A stretch of DNA of 64,000 nucleotides from Perna viridis (GCA_037379345.1 CM074517.1:19530001-19594000), one strand, 5' to 3'. Counted from the stretch's first letter, positions 1 through 12,393 are shown. The notes: a model not told the origin generated them from the sequence alone. Numbers and translations are program-made.

Positions 1-987
1 TTATTTTGGTTTTTTATGATTTTTCTTTGTTTAATCATTATCCTTAGATTATGTTCTTTTTTTATTATTGTTCAAATCTTGGTTCCCACGATTTCCCTTT
101 CTTCCTTTTGACTGGAAAAAGAAAACAAAAGGATCAGGTACATCCAAGTGCAGAATTTGCCCCGTCAACATTTTCCCACTTTACCATTATACCCTATACA
201 TATATTTTCATTAATGAATATAAAGAATCTAAATTGGCTCTTATTAGTTCTATCATAGTAATTTTCTCTCCATTTATATAAACTAATAATCCAAATCTGG
301 ATGATGGCAACAAGAATAAAGGCAATTTATGCATTGTTTGTAAAATAATTAGGAAGTATAAAGAAGTCTGACACATATAGGATTTGGGTTATACACTTAA
401 TAATAGTTCAGTATGTCTACAATATGCTAATAACTGAAGGAGATCTTTTCTTTTTTTTTTTTTGATTTTATCAGACAAAATGGTAATGAGGTATATTTAA
501 TTGAAAATAATGTGTCAAAACAATGATTAAGTCCTTCATAAATTTAAAGAAAAAAAACAAGTGGAGTTAGAAATTAATTCCGTTTCAGAAAAAAGCTTTC
601 TTTTTCTTAATGAAACCTTAAATCTGAAAAAAAATATATAGAAATTGGCAGATCAAGAGAAAGTTTTGGAGTCTGGGGCCCTCATTTTTTTTATAGAAAA
701 TTTTGTTTATTTCATGTATTATTTGTGAAAAAATAATCAATGATAGCCTTAAACACTATCATTTTCTCAATCTGCAATTGATATGGAAATCCTTAAATAT
801 TTTTTTTTGCAAAATGGCAGAAGTAGACAACTTAGTCATACAACAATATAACACAAAATCACTCACATTTGCAACATACAAAAATAGATCTCCAATTTTC
901 ATTTTTACAATGTTTTCTTCATTACACCTAATGATCTTTAAACCAAAACGTATATATAAATTTGGCTTTCTTTTGTACTTAAGTGAG

Positions 988-1123
988 CAGTGGCAGATCG
1001 AGGGGGCCCTGGTCCCCCTTAGAAAATTGTTGAAAAATTGTGTGTGTTAAATCATGAAAAACACTCACTTCCTGATCCTGTCAAGAAATTTTTTGTGTGG
1101 CCCCTACCTACCTTAAACCACTG
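988..1123. mobile_element. Degenerate CAGTGGCGGATC-type MITE (hAT-like)
   Basis: CAGTGGCAGATC.AGGGGG...CCACTG. Related starts at about 18380 and 32222. Confidence 0.4.
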
Positions 1124-2560
1124 TTGCGGTTTGGCTAATTGACCTGGAAATTTTGAGACTTTTGACAAAAAAAACAGGAGTGGCCAGTCTAAAACAATAG
1201 ATGATGTACTTCTTAAGACAACTCACTAATAACTAGTGCATAAATCAATCAAAATGAATAGACTACTAATTGAGAATTTCCGTTTTGACCATAATCAGGA
1301 AGCTTTACAGGGCCAACTAATAGCACTATAAAAGATAACTAATTTTGGTCGTTATGCTTAGAGATTATCACAGATTTACGAAGGGCCATGAAATGTCAGA
1401 CTGACCAAGTCCATAGCAATGATTAGGGCTTTGTTTGTACAACATGAATCTTTCATCATAATTAGGGGGACATTACGTCTGAGCGGAGCTGACAACTGAT
1501 ATAAATTGGTTTTCCGTGGACTTCTTGCATAATCATTGTTTTGTTATTTCTTCTGACAGCAATGTTAATAATCAAGACATTTACCCAATACAGTAAACAA
1601 AGATGGCTGAATTAGATTGGCTAGATAAAATAAAGTAGATATAGTCCAGACTTGTAGCTGGAGTTTAACAAAGGGTTAAAAAATATGATTCAAACAATAT
1701 AGTGTACTTTTGAGTTTCTGGAATTTTAACTTAATATTCTACCAATATTAATAGACTCTCCAGGGTTTTGAACCCTTCTTAACTCCATTTGTCTGGGAAA
1801 CTTAGAAAAACATTAATACTGAGTTAGTGCATTGCTCAAGGATATCGGAAAACTGGTTCTTTCATATTACACATATGATTTCACCGATTTTTTTTTAAGT
1901 AGACTTGACTGAGCTTCTTATATAATTCATCGACAGTTAAAAAATTTGATATACAGATACTTAAGTAAGTTCCTCAGATATTAGAAAAAAATATTTAACT
2001 ATTACAATACCAATTTAATTCCAAACATTACGTTGCATGCATTGACAAGCTAAGTATACCCAAATTTATTCCTTTTATTAAAAATTGTGACTGTCTTATG
2101 AAATGGGAAATTGACATTTGATGGCTATCAAAATCATAAAGTATGACCCATCCAACTAAACAAACATACTAAATTTGAAATGAATCTATTTATTGGGAAA
2201 TGACATAATTGCTACGAAATTTGAACCAACTGAATAAAAAACAGATAGAAAAAAAAGGTGATACCAATATACCACCCACTGGTTGAGAAGAATTTAACTT
2301 TCCAACTTTATGACTATAGACAGCTTTAATACTACCAGTTTAACAACTAATTGCACATGTTCAGTACTTTTTCAGCAGAACACTGTCCTTTTCATTTGTT
2401 AAGATTTTTATTTTTAATTTCATATAAAATATCACAATTCTTCCATGTAGTCACTAATTTGTACTGCTATACAAGACTATAGTAGAAAGAGGAACAGAAA
2501 TAGTGAAGTGCAAAAAATGCACCATCATATATAACCTTTATAAAAATAATCAATACTTAC

Positions 2561-2568
2561 AGAGATCA
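2561..2568 (-). other. Candidate 8-nt microexon (TGATCTCT)
   Basis: Minus strand reads tttctctatcattgctgtttatctctatatctcttttAG|TGATCTCT|GTAAGT: a long pyrimidine tract, AG, 8 nt and a consensus donor. No transcript evidence. Confidence 0.35.
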
Positions 2569-3155
2569 CTAAAAGAGATATAGAGATAAACAGCAATGAT
2601 AGAGAAATATAGATTCTTCTTCAATCTCCAGCATTGGAGGAGAATATCTGTTTCTCCCATGAAATCTTAGACTGGGAGAATTGATCATCTACTTGGTACT
2701 TTCAGATCTTCTCCTTTCATTTCAAGAAAGCATCTTTATTGAAGATTTTCATATATCAAACCTTGACTTAAATAATGTCCAAATTAGGTTCCATGAAGTC
2801 ATTTTATAAGGAAAACTGCAAAAGGCTTACAGTGAGTAAGATAGTTAATATTGGGCAATACTCAGTAATCTTCCCTTAATGAAACGACTATCACCAGATA
2901 AATAGTTTACAGGACAGTTATTAAGAGATAAAAACTTTACATCAAACTTAGACCAAAATACCTATGAACTGATAGGAAGTTTAAATCTCCTTACTAATTC
3001 TCCAGTTATGTACCAGACATTTCATTGACTGATAGTCATTCAATCAAAAGAAGACTTTGTTCCCTGAAGTTAACTGCTGTATGTGCTGTTAAGACTATGT
3101 ACCATAACCATGTATATGTACATGTATTATACTATTATTGTGAAACAAAACAAAC

Positions 3156-3338
3156 CTGTTTTCTGGTTGTTCCGTCTTTTCCTTGCATACTGATCACACT
3201 CTGTAACTGTACAGTCACTCCACTGTGACCATAATGACACGGTACAATCCCACTCACAGTCAGCTTGGCAAAGCTGTGATATGGCTGGGCGAGGACCTAT
3301 ACACTCAGAATCAGATACAGGTTTCTGTTCGCCATTTT
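3156..3338 (-). CDS. THSD7A: THSD7-like coding exon 5
   Basis: Acceptor ttgtctatccacAG|AA and donor CAG|GTTTGT, phase 1/1. Encodes (E)NGEQKPVSDSECIGPRPAISQLCQADCEWDCTVSLWSQWSDCTVTECDQYARKRRNNQKT. Absent from the ORF track. Confidence 0.92.
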
Positions 3339-6300
3339 CTGTGGATAGACAATACCAATATTGACTTTTATATTTTTCTCCTATTTCATATCCTTATACT
3401 GATACTTTTAAAGCAAGAATTTGTTAGGCATTTACAAATTGCCAAGTTTTGGGAGATCATGTGTAATGCAAAACAACATTTGTCATTGGTTTGTGACTTA
3501 AAACAATATGAGACTACTGTGATTGTTATATTGTTATCAGAATTTCTACAAAATGAAGTAGTGTTTACATTAAGTTATATCAATTCCTTAAAGCATTCTT
3601 AAAATGTGGATTGATGGACAATCTAATGAACCACTATTTACCACAATACCTGCACCCAAATTCTATTTAATTTAAATTTTCACCTAAATTACAGCACATT
3701 CAGTGATGATGTTTGGAGAATAGAGACAAGTCATCTACTGATGAACTTTTGTAGGTAGTTAACTTGACAATTGACAAAGAGATTTAAAGTGTCTATCAAA
3801 CCTAGATTAAAATATTTATGAAATGACAGAAAGTTAAACTTCCTAGTTAAATTGACCTTAGACAATTCATCAGGTAATTCAATCAAGGGAAGACCAACTC
3901 TAATGCCTGAAGTTGACTATATCATTTGCTGTAAAGCAAAATATGTATATGTAAGCCAGAGTAAATGAAACCCGATAAATAGACTTATAGGGCATAATTT
4001 CAGTTTTCTATCAATGCCAGAACAACACATGTCTGCTGTCATCATAAATTACTTTTCATCTTCAAGGCTAAAACTTTTTGGCATTTAGTCCAAAATTTAC
4101 ATTTATTCTATTTTACTCATGAAGGCTGACTGACATTTAGTATGTACAGAACATGTCATGGTATAGTTTTCAATGCAATTATGTTCAAAGCTTTTCTTTC
4201 TTGTGGGAATTGTGATTACTAACAGGAAAAATAGGATGAAATATAAAACAGAACAATAAAAAACAGACTGAATTTGATATGATGTTAAGTAACAGTTAAA
4301 GGGAATGTGTTCCCAAGAGAAGGTATCACATATTAGTTCAGATTAAGGGAAAGTGACCGCCAATCAGGGATATTATTCTGTAAAAAAATAATATTGAAAT
4401 TTCCTGATTAATCATGAGCAATCAAGTCAAGGAGGGAAATCAGGTTTATTCAAGCTCACAGTGAAAATAATTTTCACAATTATACAATATAAAAGTTTCG
4501 CAATAACATTTTCCAAAAAGGCATCTGTAAAGTTTAAAGTAATATCAAAGAATATCGTGAAAAAATTACAGCATGTATGATAGTTAACTTCAGAAGATAG
4601 AGTTTGTCTTCCCTTCTCCCTTCATTGAATGGCTTTTCCCTATTGGAATGTCTTACCTTGTTTAAACTTGGCATTCATCCTGGTATTTAAACTTTGTATA
4701 ATTTCATAGGTATTTTAAACAAAGTCTCATAGTAAGCTTAAAATTTTTTCTCAATTGTCCAGTTCACTATATGAGGAAGTTTATTAGGTGATGGTCATTT
4801 AATCAAGGGAAGATCAACAACTTTCCCTGAAGTTAACCATAGTACTCGCTGTAATTGCTATTGCTATTGCTATTTTAAGTCTGTGGCATTTTTTCTCAAT
4901 TATATCTGAATTTGTAGTTCATTAAATTTCATGAGAGAACAAAATACTTTCTATAAGCGTTTAAACCAAGCTGTATATAGACTTCAGGTAAAACGTCTGT
5001 TATCTCTTAGGTTTAAACAAAGCTGTATATAGACTTCAGGTAAAACGTTTGTTATCTCTTAGGTTTAAACAAAGCTGTATATAGACTTCAGGTAAAATGT
5101 TTGTTATCTCTTAGGTTTAGACCAATAGTACACTAAAGCTACCCATTTATCTAAAAGGAAAATGGAAAACAGCCATTACAGTCATGCAACAAAATTCTGG
5201 AAACAAAAGAAAAAAAGGGGGATTAATAACATCCAAAATCAAGTTGATTTTTTTAACCTACCATTTTCTTCTACACAAATAACTTTACAGTGCTGCATCC
5301 CTGTGGTACATTGAAGTCCACCATTTACAGCCATACACTTACTCCACTCTGATTGAATCCATTTCGTTCTGTAGTTGACAAAAAAATAAGTAGTAACATA
5401 CCATTGAGCTTTTAAAAAATTAGTAATAGCATATACCATGGAGCTTTTAAAAAATAAGTTCTCTAAAAATTCTAAGCTGAATACAAAATTAAAGAATATT
5501 TTGATATATTTATTCAGTCAAATTCCCAGCTTTTATTACTTAATAAAAGGACCAAATATTAAGATCACTGTAGTGAGAAATGAACATCAATGTACTTTTA
5601 AGCTAGAACTCAAAAACTAGAAATACTGGAAGCAGTTCACAAAGAGAATATCCCACACATCAAATGGAGTTAAAAATAAAACTCATGTTCAATTATATCT
5701 TTTTTGGAGTCCTTCAACAATAATTACATCCCTTCATCCACATCTACTTATGATGCCTAACTTTCCTACAAGGTTTCGTCAAAATACCTAGCGCAGTAAA
5801 AGAGGAGTTGTGCTTTCAAGAAACGTGGATCAACAGACGGGCAGAGGTGTAATAATCTATACAAATTTTAAAATGAATATCAAAAAGTACATGTTACACA
5901 GATATACTGTGAAAGTGCTATGGGTTCCGGGGTACCAATTTTCATGGTTTTCATGGGTGAGCCAGAAATGGAGATTCCCACTGATGTATATTCTAAAAAC
6001 CTCAAAACCATAAATTCAAGAATCCACAAACTTGTGTATCTTGCCTATTTTCACGAAAACTGATATCAAAGAATTAAAGTAATTTCACAGTATTAACATC
6101 TGTCTGATTGTTATGTTTCTCTTGTTTTACTGAATACCTTAAATGAACAATTTCCTCATTTTTTGACAAAATCCTTGCATACTTAACTGACAATTCGGTG
6201 TCAAGGATTACAGCAGAATGTCAATTCAAGCATTTTTCTGAAACCAAACTAAACGACTCTGACTAAAGATCTCCATACTTGATTTCATGCAAATCTTTGT

Positions 6301-9300
6301 ACTAACACAGTAATATACAAACCTTGGGCAATATCTTGATTTATCCTGCACACCATGCACAGGGGTGGTCTCAACTAACGGAGGACATGATTTTCCCAAT
6401 CCTCGAGGTAATTTCTTAACTTCTCTCTCACGTCTCATCAGGCCAGGTCGTGTATAACCTGTTTCTAACAAACAGCTACTATTTATAGGTTGCCATGGTG
6501 ACCACATGGAGACTTGACAATCTTGGGGAATGATACAGGACTGGTGATCAGCGATGATTTTACCCGAAAGTTTAACATGGTCTTTACATTTACTGGAAAT
6601 ATAATGCATTAATTAAGTACACATAATTACGGTTAAAATCTGTAATTAGCATATCAAAACTGCACTTTTCACTAAAAAGGCGTAGGATCCCAAGAACTAT
6701 GAAGAAACTTGAAAATTTCATCATAAAATAGAAAACTAAAAATTAGTATTGATTGACTTTTCCGCCTTCTTATTATTAGGCACTGCATTAAAAATATTCA
6801 AACTTGAAAGTGATGCAGTATAAACAGTCAAATAACAGTTATTGCTGCTCGGACGTTAAACCCCAACAAACAAAAAACAAACAAACAAATAACAGTACCC
6901 TCAATGAGTTTTGTCTGATATTACAATGTTTATTCCCACTGCTTGCTTCATACAGTGACTGGCAGTTAATATCTACACAGATAAGGGTTTTGTCACACAA
7001 AAAATTTCTCCAAATTAATATCGACTTACGTATATGGAACAGTAGCACCGTTGGAATCAAGACATTTTACTGCACGCTCCTGATGTCCAATTAATGAATG
7101 TGAGGGATAATTTTTAGGAATGGTTGTCATGGAAACACAAGGTGTCCATTTATCAACAGAAATATAATATACATCAGAACAATTAGCACATCTTTCAATT
7201 TCTGATAATGGTGGACATTCCTTCCCACCATGATCTTCTGGAATGACTACTCGCCTAATACGAGTTCGTGAAAATTTCTCGCAAGTATCACAGTTAGCCC
7301 ATGGTTGCCATGGTGTCACGATACAGTTTTGTTTACACTGGAGATCACAGCTTTCGCTTGTTGTAGGTTTTTGCTCAAATGACAGACAAACACTGTCGTT
7401 TTGCAGTCTTCCGTCAGATTTGAACACACATGTGACATTTCTGTATCGGATACCCATTCCTCGGGCACATTTCTTAACCCTAGGCATAAGTTGACATGGG
7501 CCCCATGTCTCTGCTGCCCATGTGACTTGATACTGGTCAATGAAAGTGCTTTTATAGCACTCATCATAACATGGTCTCTGTGATAAAGGGCGGGGCAAGT
7601 CCTCACAATATCTTTCCTCTGCAAAGTTAAGGCCCCCATTATATTCTTCATACATGCAACTGACATGACGACTTTGTGTTCCCTGCCCATTAAATCCACA
7701 TATACAAGAGGACCATTCACCTGAAAGTAAATAACAAAGTTAATCAAGGATGGCCAGCAAATTTGATCAGCTTTATATCATAACCAATTTAAAGGAGAGA
7801 TACAAATGTCTTAAGAAACCGTCTCAGATACATCTACCATACAAGCCACTGCACTCTGCCCTCATTAATCAAAAATAATGTTTTATTCATGAGCTACAAT
7901 ACTACATGTATTTACTTTGTTGAGTATTAATTCTTGGGTTTCAGTAAAGCCTCCATGATAGCACCAAAAAATTAACATTTTATTGGAGGTTTGAATACAT
8001 GGTTTAATGAAACCACAAAAAAACACATTAAAGTGGACAACAATTTGTGAAGTGTAGTTTATTTCTTCAGAACTATTGTAAGTACTGGCATTTGTAAAGT
8101 GTAATTTATTTCTTCAGAACCATTGTAAGTACTGGTATTTATAAAGTGTAATTTATTTCTTCAGAATTATTGTAAGTACTGGTATTTGTAAAGTGTAATT
8201 TATTTCCATTTTTTTGTGTTTGTATTTCATTTAACCGATGCAATATACATCTCAATACCGTGAAACCTGTCTAAACCAAACTTTTTTGTTTACTTTAGAC
8301 AGGTGTTCTGTTTACTCAGGTTCAAAATACATTAAAAAAATGATGCAATGGGATTAAAAAAAGTATACAGGCTGGGTTTCATAAAAAATTCCCCAATGGA
8401 GATTTTCCTCAAGCACTTGAATTTTCCTCATATATTCAATTTTAAGTGAACTGGTCGGTTGAAATTTGAGATGACGAAGCATTTGAGGAAAATCTCAATT
8501 TGAGATTTGTTAATGAAACCGGCCCATAGTGTAGATAGAGTGTGGTTTTTTTTTTCAGAGTTCGGTATAACAAAGTTTCACAGTACATTAACATGTGTTT
8601 TTGTATAATGATTCACAAGTCAAGGTTTTCAGAAATATATTTAAATGAAAAAGTCTTTCATTTCAAGAAAAGTAATTCTACATTCTACTAAAAAACAACT
8701 TGGCAATGATGATAACAAAATTCTGCAATAGTCGGGAATAGTTAAGCCAATTTGTGAAATCAATACATGAAAACAATCAATTCTGTTTGATTGACAGCTG
8801 ATGTGCATTTTAAGTCATCATTTCTTGTAATTGCATTTCACAACACCCAACAAAAACCCCCTGCATTCATATGTGGGCAGAAGCACTATTAAAATCGTAA
8901 CTTGACGCCTGAATAATTATATACACTAATTAAAAGCATAATTAAACATGTTTTCTTAATTGATGCCATTCAACAGGCCGTCTTTTACCATTACCATTCC
9001 TGAGCCAACAACTAATTCTGTTATATCAGACCACTCTGACACTGCATGTTCAGTTGATGAACATTTATATCTCATTCACTCAAAAAAAAAGCAAAAAAAA
9101 AACAAAAAAAAAAAACAAAAACAAAAAACAAAAGACAGAAAAAAAAAAACTTTTACCAAGAGGTTGCACATGGTAGCTGTAATGATAAATCTAGAATGAG
9201 TAGCTTATAATGCTTAACTGACCTAATCAGAAACCTTCACATTAAAACTTAAGTCAAAAGAGTGGGAGTGCAGAGGAATATGAATGAAACATATATAGAA

Positions 9301-12300
9301 TTGTGCTGTAGAAATGCTTATGCAATTGCATACCAAATATGAATGACCTAGCACCTTTGACCTAATCGGAAAACTTTACATAAAGTCTAGTCTTTCTGCA
9401 TCTTTTGCCCAAAGTGAGACAAAAAAAAATGAAAGATCTGTTTCAGAACTCATGTAACTGAAGCCATTTATACAGGCACTTATTATCTCTAGAAATAAAA
9501 GTTAATGCTCTGAAATAAGAGTTATCTAGCTATGAGAATTTCTACTAATGATGCTATAGACTTGTTGTACACATACATCTTTATCAATGAAATACTTCCT
9601 GTAAAATGAACGAAAAATGAATGGACCATTGCACTTGCTTAAAAAATAGGAAAAAATAACAAACAAACAAGTTTTGCAAAATTAAACTATAAAGAGTAAA
9701 AATTACTGTAAAAAAGAGTGGTCTCCCCTTTATACCGTGCAAACATAATGCTTTTTAATTATCAATATGAAGAAATCTTGTATAACCATAAATTTCAGAT
9801 ACAAAACAAATACGCTAACTGTTTTTTTTTTTCACTCAGGCTTAAAAAGAGTTATTAATTAAAAAAAATTAGTCTGGAAGACAAAACATTGTGATATAAA
9901 TTGTTTCTCTGTATGATTAGAAAATAAGAAGAATAGCATTCAGGGATTTTCTAATTTCACAATCACATTATTTCAACTAATACATTTGAGAATTGCCAAT
10001 TTCAAGCATTAAGTAATGCAGTGGAAATTTTATTAAATTACAGTGTAATGAAAAAAGAATTGAAAGGTGTGTATTTTCATTAAAAATTCCTTTGATCCAC
10101 CTATAAGACTAGATATTGATTGTAATGTAAATTGAATACATGTATCTACCTAGCCGTACTTACAAACATGTAATGCATTTTCTGATAAAAGAAGAAAGAA
10201 ATATATTGGAGAAAAAAATACCTGTATCAAAAGATCTCTTAGAATGTATGACATCATAGATAAATACCTAATAATTACGTGATGACACGTTATGTACTCA
10301 TGTAGGTGTACACGCCAGTAACATATGGACCAACTGCAGGGAAACTTATACAATCAACATGTTTTCTTGATTAAACCACGTGATGGATTTTTATGATAAA
10401 AAGTACAAATTATATAAATGAAAAGGCAGTTTAAGAAATCTTACACGGATATTTTGGCATGGTGTAATTTTTGCAATTTGCTGGGTAAAATATTTTTTAT
10501 GGTTGAAAACATTGCAGTCAGATGTTCAAACATATTTGAAAAGGTAACATTCAGATGGCGGTTATATTTTTGCATATTTCTTTATTGCAAATATTTGATA
10601 AGGTAATTTTTCATGTGGAAGTTATCTTTTTTGTATATCATTATTTTCAATGCAAATATAGTAAAAATTTCCACACTTAAAGTTTTTTCTCCCAGTTTAT
10701 GCTTAACTCAGACTAGAAGTGGTGATATATACTTCATGTATAGGTAAAAAAACAGGTTAGCATGTTCTTAGCCATTAGGCTTTACACATTTAAAAAATAA
10801 TAATTAAAATGATGACATGTACCAGAAAATCTGGACTTAACAAAAAGTCTAAAACTCCATCAACTATCAGTTCATGTAAATGAAGTTGCAATGTGAGGGC
10901 AATGTTCTAGACAACAACCCCCATCATGAAGAAGACAATATTCAACAAATATTGGAAGAAGACATAAAATGCACCAAATACAACCCCTAGCAATCTCAAA
11001 ATAGAAAGAAAAACAAAATTAAACAAATGACTCCTTAATTCAAAAATATTAATGTAAACAATAACAGAAGCCATTCTACTTAGTAATGACGGACCAAAAG
11101 CTAAAAATATAACATTTATATCATGAACATACAGCTTGGTGTGTCATTTCTATTACTGCATGTCTATATATCTCGTCAATAACCCATTTCATACACACTC
11201 TCAAACCTCTTAGATGTTATATCATCCATAATAAAATGAAAGTAACAGCCCTTATCTATTTATCCAACCTTCAAAGTAGGTATCTAAAATGTATATTTAT
11301 TAACAATGTACAAACATTATAAATAAATTTATCTACCAAAATATGTCATTGATAGGTGAAGATGCATTTTATAAATATTGATATGTTGGTGGAGTTCCAG
11401 CTATGAACAATGAATTAGAGAGACTTTTGGCACAGGAATAGTATTGTTACTTTATCGTTGTTGTAAAGAGCTGTTATTAGAAATAGAGATACCCTGGTCT
11501 ACAAAATAATACTTCTTTGTCGAGAAGGTCAGAAAAACTGGGGTATTATGCTGCCCAATAATTTGTAATGAAGTGATAGGAGGCAGGAACTTAAGCTTCC
11601 TTATTTTTCATTTTTCCATGAAAGATCTTGTGTAATGATATGTAAATTCAGCTAAAATTATTCATTGGCCAAGACACATCACCAAGTCCAGAATTTATAT
11701 CAAAATTTCTACAGAAAACAAAAATAGAGCATTAATGAAACATTAAGTGTTACCCCACAATATGGTACCACATAATAGTCAAAATTGTCTAAGGGGATGA
11801 CGAAGTATTCAAAATGGTTGAACTCAAATTAAAATTAACTTCAGATTTTGCAGAAAATTGAACTTAACCTGTATTTTATGCCACAAAACATTTTAAAATT
11901 TTCAAAAAAATACTTTTCCATTTTGTTCATCATCTGGAAACCATCAGGGAACAAACAAATGGATGGACAGACATATTTTGGAGGTTATCACTTTGTGTAG
12001 CAGTTTACAGGTATAGAACTGTATTAAATGTGTATAGGTATAAACTCATCCTAAGGTTATGTCAGAAAAGGGTAATACAAAAATAGGGATTGCAGGTAAG
12101 ACAGTTCTTGTGAGTGGGAGTATGAAAAGGTAAAATATTCATATCTATCTTAGATTCGTTTACCTGTCGACTTCTTGTCATCGAACAAATAAAAACAAAC
12201 AAACAAACAAACAAAAATAGAATGAATTAAATATGGTGAAACAAATAAAAATATTTTGACATCAAATATTTTACAAATCCTAACCTGGTTTCCATTTATA

Positions 12301-12393
12301 CTGCTGTGCTGGAGACAAATGAACGAGACAGGTAACCAGTATAAATAAGTGACGAATGTCAAATACTGTTCCCCTTAGGATACCATATTCCAT
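3156..12393 (-). CDS. THSD7A: Thrombospondin type-1 domain-containing protein 7A/7B-like gene, 5' part (5 coding exons, about 453 aa; continues beyond the left edge)
   Basis: Manual splice join(12393-12285,7720-7030,6592-6323,5368-5262,3338-3156). Exon lengths are 109, 691, 270, 107 and 183 nt, all introns are GT-AG, and phases 1,2,2,1,1 keep one open frame. The protein has a signal peptide, then YKWKPGEWSSC and alternating TSP1 modules (W..W..C, C.V..W..W..C, RTRxR, GGKECPPLSE..C) typical of THSD7. A versus B orthology cannot be resolved here. Confidence 0.85.
3689..3934. mobile_element. Foldback MITE family A copy
   Basis: TTACAGCA...TGCTGTAA ends; internal CTGATGAACT..GACAATTGACAAAGAGATTT and TTCATCAGG..AATCAAGGGAAGACCAACTC. 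Confidence 0.7.
4566..4854. mobile_element. Foldback MITE family A (TTACAGC...GCTGTAA), best-preserved copy
   Basis: Arms TTACAGC..TAGTTAACTTCAG..TCTTCCCTT and AAGGGAAGA..CTGAAGTTAACCA..GCTGTAA are inverted complements. Eight related copies occur in the window. Confidence 0.75.
4959..5124. repeat. 52-bp tandem repeat, 3 copies
   Basis: GTTTAAACAAAGCTGTATATAGACTTCAGGTAAAACGTTTGTTATCTCTTAG at 4959, 5011 and 5063. Confidence 0.92.
5262..5368 (-). CDS. THSD7A: THSD7-like coding exon 4
   Basis: Acceptor ttttttgtcaactacAG|A and donor G|GTAGGT, phase 2/1. Encodes (R)TKWIQSEWSKCMAVNGGLQCTTGMQHCKVICVEEN. Confidence 0.92.
5905..6092. mobile_element. TA-flanked MITE family B (TACTGTGAA...TTCACAGTA)
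   Basis: Inverted termini and an internal GGGTACCAATTTT..TGG motif shared with 34495-34701. Confidence 0.7.
6323..6592 (-). CDS. THSD7A: THSD7-like coding exon 3
   Basis: Acceptor tttccAG|T and donor AG|GTTTGT, phase 2/2. Encodes KCKDHV...QSCIIPQDCQVSMWSPWQP...RREREVKKLPRGLGKSCPPLVET...YCP. Confidence 0.93.
7030..7720 (-). CDS. THSD7A: THSD7-like coding exon 2 (large TSP1-repeat exon)
   Basis: Acceptor tttcAG|GTGAATGG and donor AC|GTAAGT. Encodes (G)EWSSCICGFNGQGTQSRHVSCMYEE...CIVTPWQPWANC...RTRIRRVVIPEDHGGKECPPLSEIERC...GHQERAVKCLDSNGATVPY. Overlaps ORF 7026..7655. Confidence 0.95.
8044..8207. repeat. 47-bp tandem repeat, about 3.5 copies
   Basis: TTTGTAAAGTGTAATTTATTTCTTCAGAACCATTGTAAGTACTGGTA at 8044, 8091, 8138 and 8185. 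Confidence 0.92.
8256..8585. mobile_element. Tc1/mariner/pogo-type MITE family C, interrupted by a nested MITE
   Basis: TACCGTGAAACCTGTCTAAACC ... AAGTTTCACAGTA. Related degenerate copies at about 14113-14281, 24159-24370 and 62438-62585. Confidence 0.65.
8370..8525. mobile_element. MITE family D (GGGCCGGTTTCAT-like TIR), nested in family C
   Basis: GGCTGGGTTTCATAAA..GAGATTTTCCTCAA and TTGAGGAAAATCTC..TAATGAAACCGGCCC inverted arms. A second copy lies at about 34060-34195. Confidence 0.7.
12285..12393 (-). CDS. THSD7A: THSD7-like first coding exon (signal peptide): MEYGILRGTVFDIRHLFILVTCLVHLSPAQQYKWKP(G)
   Basis: ATG at 12393 in strong context (agtATGg) with an in-frame TAG upstream. Hydrophobic LFILVTCLVHLSPA segment. 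Donor CAG|GTTAGG is phase 1 and joins the next exon to give YKWKPGEWSSC. Acceptor tttttcAG at 12451-12450, so the exon starts at 12449 with 5'UTR. Not in the supplied ORF track in this frame. Confidence 0.85.

Noticed and set aside
1069-1077. Possible 9-nt microexon AG|GATCAGGAA|GTGAGT on the minus strand
   Set aside because: Weak pyrimidine tract, and it lies inside a degenerate MITE.
3339-3390. Upstream extension of exon 5 (GYEIGEKYKSQYWYCLST) via other AGs
   Set aside because: Those AGs have purine-rich upstream sequence. The acceptor at 3340-3339 has a better tract and joins cleanly to exon 4.
3225-3602. 125-aa plus-strand ORF (also 3025..3228, 6804..7094, 7243..7494, 7401..7583, and minus-strand 7316..7747)
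   Set aside because: These are antisense or alternative-frame shadows of THSD7-like exons with no recognisable domain.
8960-9199. Lys-rich 79-aa ORF
   Set aside because: Translation of an A-rich low-complexity tract.
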